Source of the DNA: an uncultured cyanobacterium
Lineage (GTDB): Bacteria > Cyanobacteriota > Cyanobacteriia > Phormidesmidales > Phormidesmidaceae
Length of the DNA stretch: 64,000 nt
Assembly: GCA_963793265.1 (NCBI GenBank)
Contig: CAWBZI010000002.1
Coordinates: 352,001 to 416,000, forward strand
Reading direction: 5' to 3'
This document shows, piece after piece, positions 39,364 to 49,610 of the stretch. A program made the translations under genes and the position numbers. The notes beneath the pieces are model-generated. The model was not told where the DNA came from and did not search any database. It worked only from the letters and a program-made list of their open reading frames with translations. Positions within the stretch are counted from its first letter, which is position 1, and each line of letters opens with the position of its first letter.

Positions 39364-41049
39364 CTATGGTGGATCGAGGTAACCACTTTTAATAAAGTAG
39401 GAGAAATAGACAGGTAATAGATCAACAACCGGCGGATAGGGGTTGGCAAAGCCTGCAAGCGCCTGCTGCAAATTATCATTTTCAAACTGTAGCTGATGGG
39501 TACGGAAGTAAATTTCGGGAATGGTCATCGGATATTCTGGTGATCGCTCGGTTAAAAATGAAAGGTAAGGAGCCAGCGCATTGTCACAGTTAGACGTAAC
39601 CCTGTCTCTAATCAGAGCCAGCCAGTCGGCATAGGGAATTTTCTTCAGACTGTAGCCGTAGTCATTGAGCCAGTCTACGAGCTGCATCCAGTCGATTGCA
39701 TGGGGATTGGCAAAGTTGTAGGACTGTCCTGCTGATGTGGGTTGAGTAGAAAGATGAACAATGGCCTGGCTAAGGTAGTCTACTGAAACAATGTCAATCG
39801 GCATCTGCCAATCGGGAGCAAGCCCCAGTTGCAAACAGCCTTTAATCAGGCTGCGCAGAAAATCACCTCGATTACAAACGCCTGTTTGACTATGGCCTTC
39901 TACCCAGGCAGGTCGATGAATAGTGGTTGGGATTCCTCTCGATTGGGCAATGGCAAGCAGCTTTTCGGCGACCCACTTGGTTTGGGTGTAGCCGTACATG
40001 CCCTCTGGCTGATCGGCTGCGTCCTGTGAACGAACGGTGTGATTGTCGGCATAGGCAATAGGCGAGAACACACCCATTGTCGAGACAAAGTGAACCGGCT
40101 TAATTTTTTGTTGACTTGCCAAGCGCAGCAGCGTTTCGGTGCTTGAAACATTGGTAGCCTTCATAATCGAGTAAGGATACATGAAGTTCACCATACTCCC
40201 ATTGTGATAAATGAGGTCAATGGTTTTGGCTAGCTGTTGAAATAGCTCAGGGGACAGGCCCAGCTGTGGTTGCGCCAAATCTCCCGGTAGAAAGACAATT
40301 CTTGGTTCGTAGCCTGACTGCCAGAGCGCGTACTGCTGTAAGTTTTCAATGATTCGCTCTTTGGCTGTAGCTTGACTGGGCGATCGCACCAAGCAGTAAA
40401 CGGTGGCTTGGGTTTGTGTGAGTAGCTGATGTAGTAAAAAGGCTCCTAAAAAGCCAGTAGCGCCCGTTAACAATACGGCGTTAGGAGAACTAACCTTAGC
40501 TTTTACTTCTGTTGTTGGAACAATATCTGACGGTAGTATAGCCTCTGCGCGAAGATCAATGCTCGCGGTATCAACTAGGGTTCCGGCCTTGCGATCGCGC
40601 ACTAATTTTGCTTGCCCTGCAACCGTAGGTGACATAAAAATGCTGATCAGAGCCAAGTCAACGTCAAACGTTTCTTGCAGCCTAAACAGCAACTCTGCAG
40701 CTAGCAGAGAATGACCGCCTAAATCGAAAAAGTTATCATCCGTACTGACCTGATCGACAGATAAAACATCTGCCCACAGCGCGGCAATTAGCCTTTCTTC
40801 GGCGGTGCTAGGAGCGATAAATTTCGATGAGGCTTCGCGCTTTGAAGGCGGCGCTGGCAGTGCTTTTCGATCCACTTTACCGTTCGGCATGAGTGGCAAA
40901 GAGGATAAAAAGACGAAGGTAGAAGGCACCATATAGTCGGGCAGCTTAGCCTGCAAGTGCTGGCGCAGTTGAGATCTCAGTTTGATAGGATTCGAGCGGG
41001 TAGGTTTGTTTGTATAAACAGACCAATCGAGTGTTTTTGCAGCGATCAT
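39364..41049 (-). CDS. NRPS C-terminal part: adenylation small subdomain, PCP and thioester reductase
   Basis: LPDYMVPS...PNGKVDRKALP, FFDLGGHSL, VLLTGATGFLG, GYTQTKWVAE. Confidence 0.9.
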   Translation of the reverse strand: MIAAKTLDWSVYTNKPTRSNPIKLRSQLRQHLQAKLPDYMVPSTFVFLSSLPLMPNGKVDRKALPAPPSKREASSKFIAPSTAEERLIAALWADVLSVDQVSTDDNFFDLGGHSLLAAELLFRLQETFDVDLALISIFMSPTVAGQAKLVRDRKAGTLVDTASIDLRAEAILPSDIVPTTEVKAKVSSPNAVLLTGATGFLGAFLLHQLLTQTQATVYCLVRSPSQATAKERIIENLQQYALWQSGYEPRIVFLPGDLAQPQLGLSPELFQQLAKTIDLIYHNGSMVNFMYPYSIMKATNVSSTETLLRLASQQKIKPVHFVSTMGVFSPIAYADNHTVRSQDAADQPEGMYGYTQTKWVAEKLLAIAQSRGIPTTIHRPAWVEGHSQTGVCNRGDFLRSLIKGCLQLGLAPDWQMPIDIVSVDYLSQAIVHLSTQPTSAGQSYNFANPHAIDWMQLVDWLNDYGYSLKKIPYADWLALIRDRVTSNCDNALAPYLSFLTERSPEYPMTIPEIYFRTHQLQFENDNLQQALAGFANPYPPVVDLLPVYFSYFIKSGYLDPP

Positions 41050-41114
41050 TAGCTTTATTGTTTTGGTTGATTACCGGCTGAACTGTTGGGTTTATGTCGT
41101 TTTTGTACTTTTCA

Positions 41115-44100
41115 TCAAAGCGGCGACAGCTTTTCAAAAGTCGCATCAAAGGTTTTAGATTGAAAATCTTCAGACCAGTGAAGAGAAACTTGGTAATTTA
41201 GAGACTCTCCCAGTTGCCAGAGCTTTTCTGGGTCTAATCCTACGGATGAGGACGCGGGCGATCGCACATATTCTTGTAAATCACCGGCGGTTTCTATCGA
41301 GGCTTGTTCTGCCGACAATGCAGCCATGGCCTTTAAGGTAGGCAGCAATCTGGCATTGCCAATCTGGCAAAGAGTCAACCGTTCCGGCTGCGTCTGCATG
41401 AGGTTCGCTTTCACGGCTTGTATATCTATATCGGCCTGCCAATTTATAGAAACGGCAGAGGGAGAGGCAGCACTTTCCTGCGAAAGAGAATTCTGACAAG
41501 CACCAGTCTGACGAGCATCAACCACACCAATATGTAAAACCACGTCATAGCGAAACTGAGTCATTTCATTCAAGTGCTGACCTCGCTTAAGCTGAATATC
41601 TACCTGCGCGATTTCAGGCAGGTGGTGTCGTAAAGCTGTAAAAAACTGAGGACTAATGACTAGCTCACTTTCTTGCGTCAGCTTTGACTGAATGCGAGCT
41701 TTCAACTTTTCAAGCGGCAGCGTCTTTTCAGCTTGAAACAACTGAACCGCTGTATGAAAAGCTGGCAGTAGCTCCAGGCTGCGCACATCGCCAATGAAGA
41801 CCTGACCGCCTGTCGCCAGTCCCTGACAAGCTTTTTCTATTACGGCAAATAAGTAGTCAGCACTAGGAAAATACTGCACTACAGAGTTCATAACAACAGT
41901 ATCAACAGCTTTAAAGTCTTCTGGCGTAAGACTATCGGCAGCGCCCGCACCTAGTTGAACCGAATCGGCTAGCTGAACCGAATCGGCTAAATGAGTATCT
42001 CGAAGCGTTTGGTTGATATGCGACTGAAGAGCCTTAATCGCCTGAGACGAAAGATCAACACCTCGATAGGACTTACAGCTCGGTGCCACTCGCCAAAGCA
42101 ACAGCCCTGTGCCACAGCCAATTTCTAGCAGCCGCTGGGGCCGCAGCGCTAGAATTCGATTTGTCGTATGCTCAACCCACTCACGCATATCGGCTTCCGG
42201 CATGGGCTGTTTTGTATAGCTACTGCCCCAGCCGGAGATATCAAATGCTGGATCAATTGCATTGACAGATTGCTGATAAGTCTGCTCCCAGATAGTCTGC
42301 CACTGCTGCGTTTGCTGGTGATTGGGAGCTTGGGCCTGTTCGCAAGAGGCTAGCTGAAACTCACTATTGATGTTTTCACTGTTGGATTTTTCGCTGTTAG
42401 GATTTTTGCAGTCGGAGCTTTCATTGGCCACCACGTAGGCAACCAGCTGCTTTTGCTGTAGGCGATCTTCTCGGGCGACGACGACGGTGCTATGAACCAT
42501 CGGATGCTGATTAATCGCCATTTCAATATCACCAAGTTCAATCCTAAATCCTCGAATTTTTATCTGATGGTCTATGCGCCCCAAGCACTCTAAGCTACCA
42601 TCTGGCAAATACCGGGCCAAATCGCCTGTACGATAAATTCGAGCTGTTGGATCAGGCGCGAAAGGGTGGGGAATAAATTTTTCCTGAGTGAGCACAGGCT
42701 GATTTAGATAGCCTTTGGCTAAATTATCTCCTCCAATATAAAGTTCGCCAATAACCCCTATCGGGACAGGCGACAACCGTTGAGAGGTTTTAGAAGCGCC
42801 CTCGTGAGAGGCCGTTTTGAGTAAGTAGACTTGAGTATTGGCAACGGGCCGACCAATTGGGATGGTGCTGCCCTGCGCTTCTACTTGATGAACCGTCGAA
42901 TAGATAGTTGCTTCTGTTGGCCCGTACAGATTCCACAGCGTTTTTCCTCGTGATAGAAGCTGATCGGCCAAATCGCGGGGTAGCGGTTCGCCTGCGCACC
43001 AAATATTGAGCTGGGCAAATCCTTTCCATCCGGCTGCAATCAACATCCGCCAAGTGGCGGGAGTTGCCTGCATCATAGTGCCCCCCACGTCGGTGAGAAG
43101 TGCGGCTAACAGCTTCGGATCACGGGCGGTTTCACGGCTCGCCAGAACAACCTTAGCACCTACAATTAAGGGTAGGTACAATTCGGCTGCTGCAATATCA
43201 AAACAGACCGTAGTGACCGCTATCCAAACATCTTGAGCGGTGAGTCCTGGACGCTGCTTTATAGACCACAGGAGATTAATCAAGGCGCGGTGCTGAATTT
43301 GAACACCTTTGGGGTTACCGGTAGATCCTGAGGTGTATAGGGTGTAGACCACGTTCTCAGAAGAGGCGAGTGGTTCAAGGTTGATTGAGCTTTGCTGCGA
43401 TAGGGCACAACCCATCTGATCCAAACAGAGGGCTTGGTGTGCAGAAACTGGTAGCTGAGATAGAAGCGATGACTGGGTTAACACCCACGAGAGCTGGCTG
43501 TCTTCTATCATGAACGCTAGTCGCTCAGCCGGATAGATTGGGTCTAATGGAACGTAGCAGGCCCCTGCCTTTAGCACCGCTAGCAGGGCAATCAGCAGAT
43601 GCTCGGTGCGATCTATAAAGATGCCGACTAAGCTGCCGGGGCCAACACCTAATGAGCGTAGGTAATGAGCGCACTGATTACTGCGCTGATTGAGCGATTC
43701 ATAAGTAAGGCATTGACCGGCTACTTCGAGGGCGATCGCCTCCGGCGTTTTTCTAACTTGCGCTTCAATTAGCTCGTGCAGGCACTGGTCTTTAGGATAG
43801 TCGGCTGTGGTTTTATTCCAACCGGCTATTTGATGCAGTTCTGTTGTAGAAAGCAGCGGCAGCGCAGCAATAGAACAATCCGGGTTGGCCACTATGGCCT
43901 CAAGCAGTTTGATGAAGTGGCGACTCATCCGAGCGATGGTTTCAGCCTTAAACAGATCGGTGCTGTACTCAAAATAACCACTCATGCCAGCAGGTTGTTC
44001 GGCCAGCTCCAAAAACAGATCAAACTTAACAGTCCTATTATCTAACTCAATCGGTGTTAGCGTCAGTCCAGGAAATGACTGCGCTAGGGCCGGTGTATTT

Positions 44101-47024
44101 TGCAGGTTAAACACAACCTGAAAGAAGGGGTTTTGTCCCGGCTTATGATCAGGATGCAGTGCTTGCACAAGATGATCAAAGGGAATGTCTTGGTGGGCGT
44201 AAGCGCCTAGCGTCATTGTCTTTACCCTTTGCAGCAACTGCCGGAAGCTGGGAGTTTTTGAGAGATTGCTACGCAAAACGACTGTATTCGGGAAAAATCC
44301 AATGAGCTGTTCTAGATCGCCATGAGGACGACTAGCCAACAAAGAACCCACTGCAATATCAGACTGTCCGCTATAGCGATAAAGTAGGGTTTGGAAAGCT
44401 GCCAATAACATCATATAGAGGGTAGTGTCAGACTCTCTTGACAGCGCTTTAAGAGAGTGAGTTAGAGATTCTGAAAGCTGAAAAAACTGTCGGCCCCCGT
44501 TATAGGTTGGCATTGCAGGACGAGAAAAATCGTAAGGCAACGCCAGCATAGGAACTTCATCGGCAAGCTGAGCTTTCCAGTAGGTTAGCTGCTGCTCATA
44601 CGTTTTCGAGCGCAGCCACTGCCGATGCCAAAGACTAAAATCGCTGTATTGAACCGGTAGCGGCGATAGCGGCGAAGGTTTATCTGCAACAAATGCGGTA
44701 TAGAGTACCGTTAGCTCCTTAAGCAACAGGCTCACCGACCAGCCATCACAAACAATGTGATGCAGATTCAACAGTAGCGTATGTTCATCTGTCGCCAGTG
44801 CGAATACAGTAACGCGCAGCAGAACATCTTCGGCTAGATTAAAAGGAACTCGTGCCGCCTCAACCAGTTGCCTCTGGAGCGCAGTCGCTCGTTCATCCTC
44901 AGATAGCTGAGAAAGATCGACCAGGCGAAAAGGACAGACAGCTTTTTCTTGCACAATCTGCACGGGTTTTCCATGCTGAATAACAAAGAGTGTCCGTAGC
45001 GCTTCATGGCGATCAATGACTGCTTGCAGGGCTTTCTCTAAAGCCTGTATGTTTAAATGACCCGTAAGCTGAAAAGCCACTGGCACAGTATAAAAAGGAT
45101 GATTGGGTACCAGTCGATCTAAAACCCAAAGGGGTTCTTGCACCCAGGCTAAAGGAGCCGCAACCTTCTCGGGCAAAGGCTTTAGAACGATCGGTGCGAC
45201 GGTATTTACTTTGGGCTGAGTTAATAGCCAACTGGCTAATTTCCCAATTGTCGGCATCTCAAATATCTGAGTAAACGGAACATTCTGTTCTAATTCTTCA
45301 CGGATACGAATAATGACCTGTGTGGCTATGAGCGAGTGCCCACCAAGATCGAAGAAGTTTTGGTCAGTCTCTATTCGGGCCAATCCAAGTAGCTCTGCCC
45401 AGATATCGGCTAGCTGCTGCTCAATAGGTGTTTTAGGCTGAGTAAAACAGTCCTCTGGAAGTGATTGCTGAGGTATTGGCAAATTGCGACGGTCTACTTT
45501 ACCGCTAGGCGTTAAAGGAAATGCATCTAAGCATATAATTTGGCTGGGAATCATGTAGTCAGGCAGGCGATCGCCTAAAAAATGACGGAGTTCTCCGACA
45601 ACACCTAAGGCATTTGGCTTGCTCAAAACAACATACCCTAATAATTGCCTTGTTCCTATCTGAGCTTCTGTGGCGATGACAACCGCCTCTTTAACGTCAG
45701 TGTGACGGTCTAAAACGGTTTCAATCTCTCCTAGCTCAATCCGATAGCCGCGAATCTTAACCTGCTGATCGCACCGGCCCAGATACTCATAGTCACCAGT
45801 GGCTAAGCGTCGAGCTAAGTCTCCCGTTTTATAAAGTCGAGCAGACTTACCGTGAGCTGTTTCGATAAAACGCTCTGCGCTTAAATCTGGTTGGTGAAGA
45901 TATTCTTTGGCAAGGCATATACCGCCAATATAAATCTCCCCAATATTGCCATGAGAAACGGGGAGTAAGCGCTCGTCTAACAAATGAATTTCAGCATTGT
46001 CAATGGCTTTCCCTATAGGCGGGAGCGTCGGCCATTCATCCGGGGTGCCCGAAAGCTGGTAGGCCGTCGCTACGTGACTTTCTGAGGGGCCATATTGGTT
46101 CCATAAGATGCAGTGGGGCATTTGGCCGAACCACTGAGCTAGCGCAGGCGTAATACGTAGTTGTTCGCCTGCGGTAATCACCTCTTTGAGGCCAGTGGGT
46201 GCTGAGCCTACGCTTACAGCGACTTCTGCGAGCTGCTGCAGGGCTACAAAAGGTAAAAATAATCGCTCAATTGACTGGCTCTCAATGACTTTGAGTAACG
46301 TGTAGGGATCGCGGCGATCTGCGTCTTTAATGAGAACAACCGTGCCTCCGGCTGTCAGGGTGGCAAAGATCTCTTGAAAAGAGACATCAAAGCTGATGGG
46401 TGTAAACTGAAGCGTTTTACCCGTTGTCACAACCGAGCTGTTAACTTGCCAGCGAATAAGATTTGCCAGCGGGCCGTGAGGCATAGCAACACCCTTCGGG
46501 TTTCCGGTAGAACCCGAGGTATAGACGACATAGCCCAAAGACATTGGGGGCATTGGATACTTGCGATCGCTAGTAGGCGCATCAGCCAGCCTTTTCCAAT
46601 CTTTGTCAAGACAGAATGTAAATCGCTGTGATTGGGGTAGCCGGTCTTGTAGGCAACTGTGGGTTAGCACAATATCGACTTGGGCCTGCTCCAACATATA
46701 GGCAATGCGATCGCGAGGATAGCTAGAGTCAAGCGGAACGTAAGCTCCGCCTGCTTTTAGGATAGCTAAGATGCTCACCACCATATCTGATGAGCGTTCA
46801 AGACATAGCCCGACTAGCACATTAGGCCCAACCCCTTGAGCGCTTAAAAAATAGGCTAGCTGATTTGCCCGACAGTTGAGCGTGTTATAGCTCAACTGCT
46901 GACCATTTCCTTCGAGCGCGATCGCCTTTGGCGTCTTCTCAACCTGCTGCTCAAATAAACGGTGGATCAGTGATTCTTGCTGTTCAAGCTTATCTAGTCG
47001 ATCTTCTGTATAAGTAGATGACAT
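41115..47024 (-). CDS. NRPS A-PCP-C-A(core)-methyltransferase
   Basis: Two YTSGSTGNPKG motifs, LGGHSL, HHIVCDGWS, LEIGCGTG methyltransferase inserted after A8. Confidence 0.93.
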   Translation of the reverse strand: MSSTYTEDRLDKLEQQESLIHRLFEQQVEKTPKAIALEGNGQQLSYNTLNCRANQLAYFLSAQGVGPNVLVGLCLERSSDMVVSILAILKAGGAYVPLDSSYPRDRIAYMLEQAQVDIVLTHSCLQDRLPQSQRFTFCLDKDWKRLADAPTSDRKYPMPPMSLGYVVYTSGSTGNPKGVAMPHGPLANLIRWQVNSSVVTTGKTLQFTPISFDVSFQEIFATLTAGGTVVLIKDADRRDPYTLLKVIESQSIERLFLPFVALQQLAEVAVSVGSAPTGLKEVITAGEQLRITPALAQWFGQMPHCILWNQYGPSESHVATAYQLSGTPDEWPTLPPIGKAIDNAEIHLLDERLLPVSHGNIGEIYIGGICLAKEYLHQPDLSAERFIETAHGKSARLYKTGDLARRLATGDYEYLGRCDQQVKIRGYRIELGEIETVLDRHTDVKEAVVIATEAQIGTRQLLGYVVLSKPNALGVVGELRHFLGDRLPDYMIPSQIICLDAFPLTPSGKVDRRNLPIPQQSLPEDCFTQPKTPIEQQLADIWAELLGLARIETDQNFFDLGGHSLIATQVIIRIREELEQNVPFTQIFEMPTIGKLASWLLTQPKVNTVAPIVLKPLPEKVAAPLAWVQEPLWVLDRLVPNHPFYTVPVAFQLTGHLNIQALEKALQAVIDRHEALRTLFVIQHGKPVQIVQEKAVCPFRLVDLSQLSEDERATALQRQLVEAARVPFNLAEDVLLRVTVFALATDEHTLLLNLHHIVCDGWSVSLLLKELTVLYTAFVADKPSPLSPLPVQYSDFSLWHRQWLRSKTYEQQLTYWKAQLADEVPMLALPYDFSRPAMPTYNGGRQFFQLSESLTHSLKALSRESDTTLYMMLLAAFQTLLYRYSGQSDIAVGSLLASRPHGDLEQLIGFFPNTVVLRSNLSKTPSFRQLLQRVKTMTLGAYAHQDIPFDHLVQALHPDHKPGQNPFFQVVFNLQNTPALAQSFPGLTLTPIELDNRTVKFDLFLELAEQPAGMSGYFEYSTDLFKAETIARMSRHFIKLLEAIVANPDCSIAALPLLSTTELHQIAGWNKTTADYPKDQCLHELIEAQVRKTPEAIALEVAGQCLTYESLNQRSNQCAHYLRSLGVGPGSLVGIFIDRTEHLLIALLAVLKAGACYVPLDPIYPAERLAFMIEDSQLSWVLTQSSLLSQLPVSAHQALCLDQMGCALSQQSSINLEPLASSENVVYTLYTSGSTGNPKGVQIQHRALINLLWSIKQRPGLTAQDVWIAVTTVCFDIAAAELYLPLIVGAKVVLASRETARDPKLLAALLTDVGGTMMQATPATWRMLIAAGWKGFAQLNIWCAGEPLPRDLADQLLSRGKTLWNLYGPTEATIYSTVHQVEAQGSTIPIGRPVANTQVYLLKTASHEGASKTSQRLSPVPIGVIGELYIGGDNLAKGYLNQPVLTQEKFIPHPFAPDPTARIYRTGDLARYLPDGSLECLGRIDHQIKIRGFRIELGDIEMAINQHPMVHSTVVVAREDRLQQKQLVAYVVANESSDCKNPNSEKSNSENINSEFQLASCEQAQAPNHQQTQQWQTIWEQTYQQSVNAIDPAFDISGWGSSYTKQPMPEADMREWVEHTTNRILALRPQRLLEIGCGTGLLLWRVAPSCKSYRGVDLSSQAIKALQSHINQTLRDTHLADSVQLADSVQLGAGAADSLTPEDFKAVDTVVMNSVVQYFPSADYLFAVIEKACQGLATGGQVFIGDVRSLELLPAFHTAVQLFQAEKTLPLEKLKARIQSKLTQESELVISPQFFTALRHHLPEIAQVDIQLKRGQHLNEMTQFRYDVVLHIGVVDARQTGACQNSLSQESAASPSAVSINWQADIDIQAVKANLMQTQPERLTLCQIGNARLLPTLKAMAALSAEQASIETAGDLQEYVRSPASSSVGLDPEKLWQLGESLNYQVSLHWSEDFQSKTFDATFEKLSPL

Positions 47025-47217
47025 ACTCTATTTCCCTCGGTTTTCTGATAAGACCCAACGGTGAACCAGCGACGAATGTAAGCTCAGGAGATCTGCTAAT
47101 CGATACCGATAGGGACTGTATTTCTACAGAAACCGGCATAGAAGCTGATTGGCATAAATGGAGTTAAGAACATGCCACCAAAGAGCCTACCATCCTAAAG
47201 GGCTACTTTAAAGGCAC

Positions 47218-47264
47218 TCTCAACCAAGTTTTGATACCTTGCTATCTCAACCAAGTTTTGATAC
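47218..47264. repeat. 20-bp direct repeat (TCTCAACCAAGTTTTGATAC x2, 27-bp period) upstream of the NRPS
   Basis: Copies at 47218-47237 and 47245-47264. Confidence 0.9.
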
Positions 47265-47965
47265 TTTAATATGTTCAGTAATTAAAATGAGCAATACTAC
47301 GAAGCAGCCCAATCAGACTAGCTCGCATAGGATCAGATTGCACAAAACTGCAATTAGTTGTGCTCGAAGCAGTAGAACAACCTGCCGCTTCTAGGAATAT
47401 TCGACTGCTATATACTGCCTGAAGCAACAGAAAAGATGACATAAATCCCCGGTGATTCGTACTGTTAGACATTCTAATTTTGTAGCAACGAACAAATGAA
47501 TTTGTTGCTTACAAAATCGGGAAGAAAAAACAGTGTCTGCCTTCTATTCAAACGAATTAGAAATTCATAGCGTGGATTCAGAGCTATCTGGTAGCAGTCT
47601 TGATGTTGCAGCCTCATCCTACGGATTGGTGGCGGGTCGAACAGACTCGAAGATAATGGCCTCGCAGCTAACAACCTTTAATGAGCCTGCGGCCCTTACA
47701 GAGGTTGCAGCTAACCTAGAATCTAACCTAGCAGCTTCTGTTGCCCATACTGCCTACCGGCAGACCGACTTGAATGCAGATGAGCTTACGGGCGTTCGGT
47801 GGTAAGGTCAGGCAGCTCAGCGGCGATCACATGCCAGGGACTTTACAACAGAATATAACAAGTCGTCGTGAGCGTGTGAAAACTAGCACCCAATCAAGTG
47901 GCAGAGTTGGATCTGATCAACACTCAGAATGCGTTTTTTTAGTCGAAGCTTGTATAGCCCCGGTT

Positions 47966-48808
47966 CTACCTTAAAAAGTCTTTAATATATTGGTTCACCT
48001 GATCTGGCTGCTCCTGCTGAACCCAGTGACTACAGTTAGGAATATAGTGAATTGTGAAATCGCTTACATACTGCTCGGTTCCGTAGGTAAGCTCTTTACC
48101 CAAAGCCCGATCGTTTTCTCCCCAAACCATCAAAGTTGGCACATTGAGCACGCCCCACTCCCGATTCAACAGCCCGCCTGAGCCTGCAATATTGCGGTAG
48201 TAATTCAACATACTCTCAATCGCATTTGGCTTAGCCGCCGCCGCCACCAGAGCATCTAAATCTGCTGTGGTAAACGCATCAGGATTCACAGCCTGATCGC
48301 GAAATGCGGCTCTAATAGCCTCATAGTTATTTGCCTTTAGCAGCAGCTCGGGCAGTAGCGGAAGCTGGAAGAAGGCGATATACCAGCTTCGTAATAGCTG
48401 CTGAGGCGTTCTTAACCCCGCTGCAAACTTAGCGGGATGCGGCAAGTTGAGCACGATCAGCCGGTCAAGCATTTGCGGATAAGCGTAGGCAAAACTCCAG
48501 GCGATCGCCCCACCCCAGTCATGCCCTACCAGCGTACACTTCTCATATCCCAGCGCTCGAATCACGCCCGCCACATCTTCTATTAATTCAGATAAAGCGT
48601 AGGCCGATTTTGCCTTTGGCTTATCGCTATCGTTATAGCCACGTAGATCTATAGCAACAACCTTGTGCGTACTGCTAAAGGCTTCAATTTGGTACCGCCA
48701 AGAGTACCAGAACTCTGGGAACCCGTGTAAGCACAGCATCAAAGGGCCTTCGCCCTGGGTGACGTAGTGCAGTTGAATGCCGTTAGTATCGAGATAGCCA
48801 TGCTGCAT
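47966..48808 (-). CDS. Alpha/beta hydrolase (epoxide-hydrolase-like)
   Basis: LHGFPEFWYSWR, DLRGYN, GHDWGG, HWVQQEQP; ATG 48808 preferred. Confidence 0.92.
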   Translation of the reverse strand: MQHGYLDTNGIQLHYVTQGEGPLMLCLHGFPEFWYSWRYQIEAFSSTHKVVAIDLRGYNDSDKPKAKSAYALSELIEDVAGVIRALGYEKCTLVGHDWGGAIAWSFAYAYPQMLDRLIVLNLPHPAKFAAGLRTPQQLLRSWYIAFFQLPLLPELLLKANNYEAIRAAFRDQAVNPDAFTTADLDALVAAAAKPNAIESMLNYYRNIAGSGGLLNREWGVLNVPTLMVWGENDRALGKELTYGTEQYVSDFTIHYIPNCSHWVQQEQPDQVNQYIKDFLR

Positions 48809-48839
48809 AGGGTGATATTTATAACAAGGCTTTATTCTA

Positions 48840-49355
48840 TTATTTTTCTGGGGTTGTGACCGTAGCCTCCTCTGAATCAGTCTCTTCAATAGCGCGCTGA
48901 GATGATTTTTGCGGCGGCTTCCAAAGTTGGAAAGTGAGATCGGGCAGCGGCACTTTGAAGTCTTTGCCAAACTGCACTTTGGCCTGATGCTCTACAAAAT
49001 CAGCAAGAAATCGTACCGGCACTAGAAAGAGTCGCGCGAGGCCATTCACGATCTGCCGTTCGCCGGGCTGATCCATATCGATTGCAACAGATTTAAAAGC
49101 TAAGCCTGACTGATAGCCAATGCTCCAAAACCAGACGACTAGAACAGCGATCGCTAAAAGCAACAGCGAGAGAATCGCGGCAAGCTGCTTTATTAGCCGA
49201 CCTAAGACCTGAAGCGATCGCACAAAGACATTCTTGGTTTCTTTTGCCGACAGCGTATCCCAAAATTCAGTCAGCTTAGGCTGTAGGGCTCCGCCTGAAA
49301 TCGTCTCGAAGGGCTTTGTCGTCTTATTCACAAAAGTCTTATTTGCAAGAGTCAT
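48840..49355 (-). CDS. Hypothetical membrane protein
   Basis: Long ORF with one hydrophobic helix (LAAILSLLLLAIAVLVVWFW), directly upstream of the hydrolase gene. Confidence 0.7.
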   Translation of the reverse strand: MTLANKTFVNKTTKPFETISGGALQPKLTEFWDTLSAKETKNVFVRSLQVLGRLIKQLAAILSLLLLAIAVLVVWFWSIGYQSGLAFKSVAIDMDQPGERQIVNGLARLFLVPVRFLADFVEHQAKVQFGKDFKVPLPDLTFQLWKPPQKSSQRAIEETDSEEATVTTPEK

Positions 49356-49610
49356 ATCCAACACCAGTTTGATTAGCCAGTTTGAGCAAGTAGATTTGAG
49401 CGAATAGAGAGGCTACTGATCCGCCCTTATGCATAAAATGATACGAAGCGCACAGGCCATAGGCTCATAAGAACTGGTTATACAATACTCTACAATCATT
49501 TTGAGTAACGATTGTTTAATTATCTCAAAAAACTTTTCGCCCTCATTGAATTAGAGGGAGAATTCGCGGTAGTTTTATCGGACACGAACTTTTCATAGCA
49601 GCGATCGCCC

